Position numbers and translations under genes: made by a program. From Bilabrum cf. latius (Eukaryota), in the NCBI GenBank assembly GCA_965178125.1, contig OZ237769.1, positions 186,001 through 250,000 on the forward strand: a DNA stretch of 64,000 nucleotides, written 5' to 3'. The notes below the pieces were generated by a model that was not told the origin of the DNA, did not search any database, and saw nothing but the letters and a program-made list of their open reading frames with translations. Of the stretch, positions 33,430 through 44,193 are shown piece by piece (positions within the stretch are counted from its first letter, which is position 1; each line of letters opens with the position of its first letter).

Positions 33430-36393
33430 TCATGCTACCCGCCGCCGTTTGCTCGACCTGCTCGCTCTGCGACGACCGCCCGCACCAGCGGCACCAGCCG
33501 CAGTTGTGGCAGAGCCCTCGTGACGCTGCTGATGCTGATGATGCTGGTGGTGCTGCTGGTGTTTCTCTGGCGCCCCCTCCCTCGCGCCTGCTCTACTCCT
33601 GGATCGGCGGCGCCCTATGGTGCGTGATTCACCTGCCTGCTGGCCAGGTCTGCTTGACGTGGTTCCACCAGAACCAGGGAGGATGGAGTTCCTTCCTCGT
33701 GCACCATGATTCGCATCACGGTGGTGCATGGGTGAGCGGGCAACTGCGCTACTACTGCTGTTGCCATCTCCCCCGTCAGCACCACCATCCAATGCATCAC
33801 CATGGTGCATGGGTGAGCGGGCAACTGCGCTACTGCTGCTGTTGCCATGCCCACCATCACCAGGAACTTCATGGCCCGCACCACCAACACGCTCACTCAG
33901 AGCGGTCCATGGAGATTCACCCCTCCCGTCCATGCCGCGGGTCACGCCCGCCTTGCCATTCGCTGCGTGCACGGGTGCTTCGGCTGCATCGGGCGCGACT
34001 CCCCCGACGGCCCACACGCTCCGCTGAAACCGATGCTGAGACCCCCTACCCCCACTCCCCCTCCCCCTTACTCCATTGCCTCGACCCCTATTTCGATTCC
34101 GGGTTCGTCCCCGACCCCGATGTGGGGTCGTACTAACGCCCATCCGCATCGCAGCAGACATAGACAGTGGCATGGATGAAGGCGGAAGCATGCGCGTTTC
34201 CCGCCGCAGCTGCAGCCGTGCAGACGTGGACTAGTCCTGGTTGACCTGCCGCAGCTGCCTAGGAGACGAACCGTCGCTGTGGACCCCCCCCTCATCGCTG
34301 CTAGTACTGGGCGGAGCGATACTACCATCAGAGTGGATCGCACCGCCGTGCAATGCATCTACCCCCGGGGGAAACAAGGGCATGTCCTCATGCGCGGCCA
34401 TCTGCACCAATGCAGCTGGGTGCGACCCAGACCCAGACCCAGACCCAGACCCAGACCCAGACCCAGACCCAGACCCAGACCCAGACCCAGACCCAGACCC
34501 AGACCCAGACCCAGACCCAGGCATAGGCACAGGCCTTTCCCTGCCGATCGGTCCAGTGTTTCCTCCATGTGCACTGCTACTGCTGCTGCTACTGCTGCCT
34601 TGGTGTCTGACGGTTCCTCCGAACCCAACCCCTCCTTCTCCGCTCATGCCGGCACTCGACGCACTAATCCCGTGGTGCCAGACCGCCCAATGGCCTGGGA
34701 CTGCAACCGGAACAGTCTCTCTCCATCCACTGCCTCTGCTGCTGCTGTTGCTACTAGCAAGTGCGGTTGAGGCACCCGGGCCGCCTGAAATGCTTGGAGC
34801 ACTTGTGGCGCGCGGCCTGGGGGGCGGATCCAACGCCCGGTGCGTGTGCACGCCGTTAGCAGCGGATGGCGACGGTGAGTGCTGCTGCATCATCCTCGTG
34901 GGGGAGGGGAGTGCGGGAGCGAGGCCCAATCCACGGGTGGACTGCAATCCACTGGCGGAGGATGACGGCGTCGGGTGGTCCGCAGCTGCAGCACGGGGGA
35001 GTCCCGAGAGTGTCCCCGAGCTGCCTGAAGATGCATTGCTGCAGCTTGATTCTGTGCCTGGGCTGTAGCGAGCTGCATGCGCGGGCGCTACCATGATGCC
35101 GCTGGCCCTGCCTCTGCTGCGGCCGTCCTCTCGGTCCTGGGACTGGACGACCCAAGCCGCACCATCCATCTCATCGGGCAAGTGCCAGTATGCTCGCGGC
35201 GAGGTGTGCGGTGTGCTGCCACCACCGCCGGAGCCACTACTAGCACTGCCATTGCCCCGATCGCTTCCATTGCCCCGATCGCCTCCATTGCCCCGATGGC
35301 CTCGATCGATCGCTGTACTTTCACCCGTCTGCTCGGCTTGAGGCATCAATTGCCCCTGCATCTCAGGGATCTGACCTGCCTGACTGGCACTGCCACTACC
35401 TTTACGAACAATACTGGGGATGGAATCAACGGCATCTGGAATCGGTCGGCTACCAGTGCCAGTGCCCTGTGCGGCAGATGGGCCCAATTCGTCTTCATGA
35501 CCAGAAGCGCTTGCGACAGCGCTCGTATCAGGAATCGAGCCAATTTCCTGCCACAATGGCACAGGTGTCGGACAGTTAGCGCTAGCAAAAGCTGTTGCCG
35601 CGCCCATATCTCTTTCTCCTGATCTCAGGGCTGCTCCGTGGCTGGCCGTTGCGTCCGCCAAACCCAGCTGATAGCCGAGCCAAGCCGCCTGCAGCGGCAT
35701 GATTCCCTGTACGCTCGATCCGAGCTTGTCTCGCTCAAATCTAAAGAGTGCCCTTGCATCTGGAAACCGTAGAAGCGTTCGCGAGCCAGCATTAGGAGCG
35801 GAACGGGTGTGTCTTGCGCTGGATTCGGGGGCCAAATTTGATCGACCGGTTGCTCTGGCAGACGCAGCTGTGCCATCCAGAGCGCGGCCTCTCGATTGGC
35901 GGTGTCCCACCGAATTTGGAAGTGAATGGGCACCATTGTACAATTCAGCTCGGTCTGCTGATGAGAGGATTGCTGGCATTTCGCTGGGATTGCCCGACAG
36001 AATGGCCTCGCCTATCCATTTCGAGTACTGCGACTGGCTGCTCCCGACACAAAGTGCGATTTCCTCCGAGATTGGAGGAAACCATGGAGCTCGGTTTCGT
36101 TTGCTTCTGACCAGGCTTTTCTAGATGGCAGCCAATCGCTGCTTAATTGAAGTCCGCTTAGCCGCTGGTAGCTGACCTTCTTTAGCATCCTAGCACGCTT
36201 TAATGCTTTCTTGAGCGAGTGCACGTACCTTAGTGACATACTACTATACCAGAGATGGCACGCCTCTCTCAAGGATGGCCTCCATCCACATCTGAACATG
36301 TTGTTTGCGATCCCTTTTTGGCACCCGGGCGCCAACGACGGACTTGGACACGCTGCGCTTCAATTGCTGCCCCTCCTACCTTTTACCGGGCAT
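33430..36393 (-). CDS. Unknown tandem-family protein, paralog A (conserved N-terminal helical domain plus low-complexity region)
   Basis: Open frame of 988 codons with TAG read as sense. GARVPKRDRKQHVQMWMEA...YVTKVRALAQESI...LAAI*KSLVRSKRNRAPWFPPISEEI...KWIGEAILSGNPSEMPAIL is shared with paralogs B-F. Ends in TGA. Confidence 0.7.
34424..34520. repeat. (GACCCA)n hexamer microsatellite encoding (GS)n in paralog A
   Basis: About 16 perfect units are visible. Confidence 0.95.
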
Positions 36394-36905
36394 CTAGCCC
36401 CTACACTGTATTTGTTACGTGGGAAAGGGGTCGCAAGATCGGATGAAACGACGCAGATGTGGACTAGGATCTCATGATTCGGTCGCGTTTTCCCACCGTC
36501 AAGTTGTGACCAACGCCTGATGACGCGCAACGCTGCGTCGATCCTAACCTTGTGCGGTACAACAAGCACATGCTGACAGCACTTATTAACTATTTATCAG
36601 AGTGGCATTGCGTCAGACTGCATCCCGCCTTGCTATTTGGCTGAAGCACAATAGTTGCAAGCTTAACTGGTCATGTTCTTGCTACCGATAGACGTGTTGC
36701 TCCGATTAACATTCTATTTTGCAATCAACTAGGTGCCTTGATGTGATTCTTTCGACGTTTTTGCTTCTAGAGACGCCAATAGTCCTTTTGCTCGGCGTAT
36801 TTGTAGCCAAGCGAAGTCATGCTTGCAGGGCCAATCAGGTTCAACGAGCTGCTATAGTTGCTTCGTTGGACTACAAATATGATCATAAATCCATATATGC
36901 ATGAT

Positions 36906-39500
36906 TCACCGAACCCGCCGTCGCTTCCCCAATCGTGCTGTATTCCTGCCGGCCACCGAATCATCGCTGCCCTGTCTCTGCTGCCCAATCTCGTCTACGA
37001 ACACTGCCATGCCTGAACTGGCCCTGGACCGGCGACGCCCTAAGCTTCGAGATTCACTGGGCTGCGTGCCCAGTTTACTCGAGGTTGTGCCGCAAGAAGG
37101 CATGGGGCCGGCGCTGACGTCCCCCTCAGCGAGCCGGACCGCCGGTCTATCTCTCTTCGTGCCCCTGCCCCTGCCTCTGCCCCTGCTGCTATCGGGGACG
37201 CCAGCCCTGGACGTGGTCCTTGCAGAGCTTGGGGGAGTCCAGGGCAATAATCTCAACGGCTACTCTACCCTGACTGGATGCAGCCCAGCCATGCTGGGCT
37301 CGCCATTAACGGCCCCCCCTGCCACAGCACCAGACCCTGTCCCTGCCCCTGCCACAGCACCAGACCCTGTCCCTGCCCCTGCCACAGCACCAGACCCTGT
37401 CCCTGCCCCTGCCACAGCACCAGACCCTGTCCCTGCCCCTGCCACAGCACCAGACCCTGTCCCTGCCCCTGCCACAGCACCAGACCCTGTCCCTGCCCCT
37501 GCCCATGCGCCTGTACCTGTGCCTGTGCCTGCCCCGGCACCAGCGCCCGTGCTTGCGCTGCCGCCAGAGGCTGTGCTCGCGGTAGTCTATTCTGCGGCTT
37601 CAGTACCTGTGGCTGTCAGTACCCCACTGCGAATTACTGCCCCGTTCAGTCCCGAAGGGAGCGAGGCTGCCGAGGCGGAGGAAGAGGAAGACGAGGAGGA
37701 GGAGGCAGAATCGGCGGTTGAAGTCCTAGGTCTCCGTCGATGCTGCTCAAAGGCAGGCTGCAAACCTTCGCCCTGGCACCGGTCCTCACCCTCTTCACCC
37801 TCGCTGTCTGCATCCATGACTTCGCTGTCTGCATCCAAGACTTCGCTCCCGCTGCCGCTGGTCATGCCAGATGCCGCACTGCTGCCACCCGAGTCGATCG
37901 CACCACCCTGGAATGCAGCCACACCCGGGGGGAACAGTGGCTGTCGGATGCTGTCAGATGGCAGAGCGTGTGGGATCGATCCGAGAGCGTTCAGGTGCGC
38001 TGTGCCTCTGCCGCTGCGGATGGCCTGGCGACGGCTAGTTTGACTGCTTTCAGCGCTGGACCCACTGTGCGGAACAAATTCGCTGCTGACTGGGAGGCGA
38101 ATCGTCCACTACCCGTGCGCCCGACCTCGCCGCCCACTAGTACTGCTGATGCTGCCTCCCGCTGTGGCGCTTGCATCGATTGCTGCAGATGATGGTGACA
38201 CTAACGGTGCGCTGCGTGCGAGCCCCCCCGCCTGTGGATCGCCATGCTGTGCCACTTGCACCAGTCGAGTGAGACTCCCGGTTCTTGTCCGAGCCTAGGC
38301 GCGAGCCCCTGCTCTTGAACCTGCTCTCCCCGCCACCCTTCTTCTCAGTCTTGATCCCGGGCTCTCTGTCTCTGAATCCGACCCTGCACCTGTCAATGAT
38401 GGCCCCCATCCTGCGCCTCCTCGTCGCCTGCTCCCACTGGCGCCAACTTCAACAATCCTCATATGGATCGCAGAATCCCACCCGGAGCCGCTGGCGCTGT
38501 GACTGGCGCTCGCGTCGACATTGGCACGGGGACCTGCTTTGGAGCTGGCTTTGGAGCTGGCTTTGGAGCTGGCTTTGGAGCTGGCTTTGCCGCTGTCACG
38601 TGCACGTGCACCGGCACCAGCGATTCCACTCCCTCTCCCTCTACCTCTACCTCTACCTCTACCTCTCTCTCTCTCTCTCTCTCTTCCCTTCGTGGTGATG
38701 AAAGCCCCCGCATCCACCATTGCAGCTGCCATCCCCCGCTGGTAACCCAGCCATGCCGCTTGCAGCGGATGTAGACACCTCACATCCACGCCCAGGCTTG
38801 CTCGCTCAAACTGGAGCAAACCAGGCAAGCGCGGGATACCATATTGCGACTGCAACTATAGCCGTATCTGCAACTGCTACTGCTCGTCAGCTGGGTCGTC
38901 AGCTTGAAGTTGACTGCCGGTCGCTGCTGCCCAAATAACGTCAGGGGCACGTGTCCGGCCCCGTGGCTTTGACCCAGATGCTGATGCCCTCCCACGTCGC
39001 CTGTTGGCCCCCTTTCGACCACGTGGTGGCTCATCAGTATCCTCACTGTTATTTTCAGACACTTCCATCACTTTCTCTGACATCAAGATTGCCGGCATTC
39101 CACTGGGATCCCCCTTCAAGATGGCCGCACCCAGCCATTTTGTGAATTGAGATTGACTGCTACCGACTGAAACCGCGATCGCCTCCGACACAGCTGGGAA
39201 CCATGGTTTATTATCGCGTTTGCTCCGGAAAAGGCTCTTTTGGACGGATGCTAGCCTATCCTTTATGGATTTTAGTCGTTCCGTTTGTTGCTGAGAGCTA
39301 CTGCTAGCCCGACAGCAACTGATGCTCTCCTCCGCAAGCGCTCGCACCTTGCTGATGTATGCTTTCACTACTGTTCGTACCCCTAACCGAAGCATGGCCT
39401 CCATCCACATCTGAACATGCCGTATGCGATCGTCTTTGGGCACCCGGGCGCCCCTGACGGCCTTCGTCTTCTTGCGCTTTACTGGCTGACTTTTCTGCAT
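36906..39500 (-). CDS. Unknown tandem-family protein, paralog B
   Basis: An 865-codon frame joins five ORF-track pieces through TAGs. It shares HVQMWMEA, KPWFP, SQFTKWLG.AIL.GDP, PLQAAWLGYQ.G and PLFPPGV with paralog A. Ends in TGA at 36906. Confidence 0.72.
37318..37503. repeat. 30-bp tandem repeat x6 encoding AGAGTGSGAV in paralog B
   Basis: CCTGCCACAGCACCAGACCCTGTCCCTGCC repeated perfectly. Confidence 0.95.
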
Positions 39501-39900
39501 ACTTAGCGAGCAAAGACTTTGTCAACTACTATACGCTAGCTGATGTAGATGAAAAAAGAGTCGATTTCTTCTGAGTATTCGAGTGATAACAGGACAAAGC
39601 TTCCAGCTTTGCCCACACAAGAGTGGCAGTTCCGGCATTCAAGTTGCGGCTGGCGCGATTGCCCAGGCGTCCAAAACCGGCCCACGCCCTCTAATACTCC
39701 AATTAATCCCACGACGCTTGCAGAGGCCGTACATTTGCTAAGAAACGGTGAGATGCCCTCCAAGAGTGTACGTTGTTCTACTCCTGTTTGCAGGAATCGA
39801 GGGGTGTCACACGTGGGCAGCCGGAGCAGCTGGGGTCCGATTCGAACGCAACGTTCAAAAATCATTCAAGCAGAAAGAAGAAAAGGAGAAACAATTCATG

Positions 39901-40696
39901 TTAGGTACCGCCGTCCCTTCTCCGCTGCTTCCTTGGCCTCTCATCCTCCCCACTCCCATCACAACCCCTCTCTTTATCCCGACCCCCAGCCTAGCGGCTG
40001 CGCACTCGGCCCAGACCCGTCTCACTCCCTGCTGTCCCCCCGACATCCAGACGCCCCGGGATCATGGCAGCTCCCTATCCTTGCCCAACTCCCTGTGCAC
40101 CACTCCATGCCTGCCCCACTTCGGCTGACTGCCCCCACCCGCGGTCGGCATCATCGCCCTGGCCTACCCCTGCCCCATCGTGCATGATTGCATTAGATGA
40201 AGCAGCACCTGCTGACTGCCCCCACCCGCGGTCGGCATCATCGCCATGGCCTACACCTGCCGCATCGTGCATGATTGCATCAGATGAAGCAGCACCGGCT
40301 GACTGGCCCCACCCGCGGTCGGCATCATTGCACTGGCCTACCCCTGCCGCATCGTGCATGATTGCATCAGATGAAGCAGCACCGGCTGACTGGCCCCACC
40401 CGCGGTCGGCATCATCGCACTGGCCTACCCCTGCCGCATCGTGCATGATTGCATCAGATGAAGCAGCACCGGCTGACTGGCCCCACCCGCGGTCGGCATC
40501 ATCGCCATGGCCTACCCCTGCCCCATCGTGCATGATTGCATCAGATGAAGCAGCACCGGCTGACTGCCCCCACCCGCGGTCGGCATCATCGCCATGGCCT
40601 ACCCCTGCCCCATCGTGCTGCTGCTGCTGCTGTGGCTGCTGCTGCTGTGGCTGCTGCTGCTGCTGTGGCTTTGGCTGCTGCTGTGGCTGTGGCTGT

Positions 40697-40750
<54 letters not shown>

Positions 40751-42630
40751 GGCTGCTGCTGCTGTGGCTGCTGCTGCTGTGGCTGCTGCTGCTGTGGCTG
40801 CTGCTGCTGCGGCTGCTGCTGCTGCTGTGGCTTTGGCTGCTGCTGTGGCTGTGGCTGTGGCTGCTGCTGCTCCTGCTCCTGTGGCATCGGGGCACTTTCA
40901 GGCCCAAACTGATTCTCCTACGCTTGACCTGCCACAAGCGCGCCATAAGAGTCAGCAGATCCGACCGAACCAGACTCCCAACAACGCCCCCTCAGCGAGC
41001 CAGGCAGCGACACACCATCTACATCCGTGCCAGACAAAGACCCGAGCTGGCTGCCGGCATCCTCACTCGTCACACTCCTACCACTTTTCATCCTGTAGTC
41101 ATGCATCCGGAGCCATTGCCCAGTCAGCTCCGAGTCCATGCTCCCCGCCACTGACCCGCCATCACGCGCCTCCCCTTCCCGTCCACCGCTTGCCATGGCC
41201 TCCAGCTGTCTGCGCACGACAGTGGTATCGGAGACGCGCAAATGGGCTATGCCGTTGCCAGCCAGGTGGTTCGTCAGGGGTGCAAGGCGTGCTGCTGGCT
41301 GTCGCCTCGATCTGCTCCTGCCCTGCTCCAGCAACTGCTGCTGTGGCTGTGATGCTTGGGGCTAATCGACCCCACCATTGAGCCTTCCGGTCATCGTGCT
41401 CACTGGATCGTGCGACGACTGAAGGCCTCCCGGACCGCCCAGACCCCCTATGCCTAGAGCACTCTCTCCATTTCTTAGGATTCGCCGTGCCATCTGCCCT
41501 ACGCTGTTATCTGAGCCACCACTGCCAACGCTATTTGGAGTGTCTTTACCGCCACCGCCATCCCCACCGTGTACATTTTGGCCGCTCATCTGAAGTGGGT
41601 CTGTGCGGATGCTTGCAGAGGCCAAGGAGGAGGAGACCTAAGGGTTGCGGATGGACGGAGGTAGTACTGCCACACCCGTCCCGAGGGTTGTTCCCTGGCT
41701 TGTTCCCTGGACAGGAAGCTGGATACCACCTTTAGGCTATTGCGCAGCTGCCCTCTGTCGTCCCCTCCTGACCCTGCTGACCCTGCTGAACCGTCCTCCC
41801 TTGCTGGACCCTCCTGACCCTCCTGAATCTCCCTGCTGCCTCATGAGCCTCTGCTCCATCGGAAGCTCCTCCTCCTCCTCGTCCTCGTCCTCCTCATCCT
41901 AGTGCGTATGTCCGTGCGCATCCCCGCCCATGGGAGTCCCTTGGGTGCCCATGGAGCTCCCTCCCACGCTGATCTCACCCTGAGGCTGGCCCGGCTCTTC
42001 GCTCCGCCCCTCCGGCTGCCCCTGTCCCTGCTGCTGCCTCCTCCTTGGGCTCCCCGCGATTAGCACCGTCGCAGCGCCAGCGGCATGGGCAGCAGCCGAG
42101 GGTGCTGTCGCTGCTGCTGCCTGCCCACCCGGCTGAAGACCTGTCTGGATTTCTGCAACAGCTGCCTGCACTTCTCCTGGCGTCGGTCTCAAGATCTCGG
42201 GCATCTGGGATGGATCCCCGGTGAGGATGGCCTAACCCAACCATTTGGTAAATTGGCTCTTGGTTGATTTGATCCTCGCCGTGATCTAAGCAGCTAGTGG
42301 TTCAAACCACGGCTGCTTGTTGATACTGCTCCTGTGTAGAGCCTTCTGCCTGGATGCCAGGTCCCTCTTGGCCGTCTATTGAGCCTCAATTAACTCGGTC
42401 GATCCAGACTAGAATCGTCGAGCCGCTGCGATCATCCTGAGGGAAATCGATTTCAGACTTGTGATGTAGTCTTGTCCTGTACGATTTGCCTCTTCAATGG
42501 TCGAAAGCCACGTTTGCAGGTGACCTGGCCGCACTGGTACAGGAACCCTTGGTCCTATCATGCTGCCGCTGGAACGACCAGAAGCAGGAGCGCCATGATC
42601 GGACGAATCGCCGGGACGTCGGGGATTCAT
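39901..42630 (-). CDS. Unknown tandem-family protein, paralog C (polyQ plus 29-aa repeats)
   Basis: A 910-codon frame from MNPRRPG. HLQTWLSTIEE...LASRQKALHRSSINKQPWFEP...SQFTKWLG*AILTGDPSQMPEIL is homologous to A and B. It ends in TAA at 39901, where copies D-F have TGA. Confidence 0.72.
40124..40616. repeat. 87-bp tandem repeat (~6 units; GQSAGAASSDAIMHDAAGVGHGDDADRGW), adjacent to a CAG/CCA-rich polyQ tract (40616-40880)
   Basis: Unit starts are at 40124, 40211, 40298, 40385, 40472 and 40559. Copy D has 1 unit; copies E and F have 3. Confidence 0.93.
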
Positions 42631-43266
42631 GTTCAAAAGAAGCAACTCGTTTGTCTTAGTGACTATTTATCTGCATGGATGGGCTCGAACGGTAGACTAG
42701 AACATGGATCTGGAACCGGTGGCATAAATTATCATTTCGCCTTTTCAAGCGCTTTTCGGAGTATACTATAGTACTAATATACCAACAAGCTAACCACAAG
42801 ACGTAGAAATGTTGTTCCTAGGGCTGTTGGGGGCGTAGATTCTATTCCATCCATCAGTAATAACAATGCAGAGATCCACTAAGTGCTCGCAACAATGATC
42901 CGATGGTGTCTGAAGATTGAAAAGTATCCCAGAACGACCACTCCTCTCCATGTGGTTCGTAGCACTGCGGGCAATCACGGAAGGGCGGTAGCCTGCCTGC
43001 TAACCATCGGCTGTGTGGAAAATCAGAGTCTGATCTTTGAGCGGGATGTACGGAACATACGTATGAACAGGCTGGGCAACAAGCTGTACTTCGTCTGGGT
43101 GTTTGGTAACCAGCACCTACTAGACCCCGGAGTGATCGCACCTGGCTACTACTATGCCCCAGCTTTGCACAAGGCCGGGTCAGGCACGTACATGTGCGGG
43201 AAGCGCCTATTCTTAGATCTTCTCACAGCGTGAGTCCGCGCCAATTCTTCGTCTATTCTTAGATCT

Positions 43267-43327
43267 TCGTCTGAGTTCACGTGCTTGGCAGAGGGCTCTG
43301 AGGCGCCAAGCACGTGAACTCAGACGA
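43267..43327. repeat. 23-bp perfect inverted repeat (hairpin) in the retrotransposon 5' region
   Basis: TCGTCTGAGTTCACGTGCTTGGC (43267-43289) pairs with GCCAAGCACGTGAACTCAGACGA (43305-43327). Confidence 0.9.
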
Positions 43328-43465
43328 TCGCGTGAGCGTGACCTCAGCCGTCTACGGAGGCGTGCTCGCCAAGCATACGTAAGACCAGAGAGACCTCAAC
43401 ACCATCAGCGAGGACCAGAGAGTGGGTACGGCGGATCGTATCTAGTAGCGACCGCTGTACTCCTT

Positions 43466-44162
43466 ATGATGGTGGGACTCGTCATTTTGTGCGCAACCGG
43501 GACGTGCCCAAAGCTGAAGCAGTACCTAGACTCAAGGGGATGGCCCCAGTACATGCACGCATCGCTGGTGATACCAGCCGCCTGGATTCTTATAGTGACG
43601 CCTACATTGAGAAAACGGAGCAGGATTGGAGTCCTTGCCCTCATGGGGTACCTGTTACCCATGGTAGACGCGACAAGTGACGAAGACCCGCAGAAGGACG
43701 CAGAAGACTGGATCGACAAGCTCAGAAGCATCCCCAAGGAGGTCCTTTTCACTTCGGTAGGGGGACTCGTTACTCTAGTCGGGGTACTATTGATCTCCTC
43801 CTCAATGAGCCGTGTGAACTCATTCTTCTAGCGCGCATATTGGTGGCTCGCGAGTGACGAACTCCGAGAGGGGATAAGACTCATAGTACTATCGTTTCAG
43901 AGGTGCAAGCGGAACAAGCCGAAACCCAAACACGACGGAAAGACGTTCAAGAACCAGGACGCCGACACTACTAGCACCAATCCAACTTCAAGGGGTAGAG
44001 GCCGTGGCCGGGGCCGCGGACGAGGCCGAGGCCGAGGGCAGTGGTGGGGTCGAGGTAGAGGTCGCGGACAAGGCACTGGCACGATGCAGGCCGCGCAAAC
44101 GGGCCAGACCACCCACTAGCGTGACCAAACCGAGCAGCAGCAGTAGCAGCAGCAGCAGCAGT

Positions 44163-44193
<31 letters not shown>

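Noticed and set aside
3393-42630. Cluster of pseudogenes with premature stops
   Set aside because: The internal stops are TAG only, never TAA or TGA, there are no frameshifts, and they fall at Gln positions of conserved genes.
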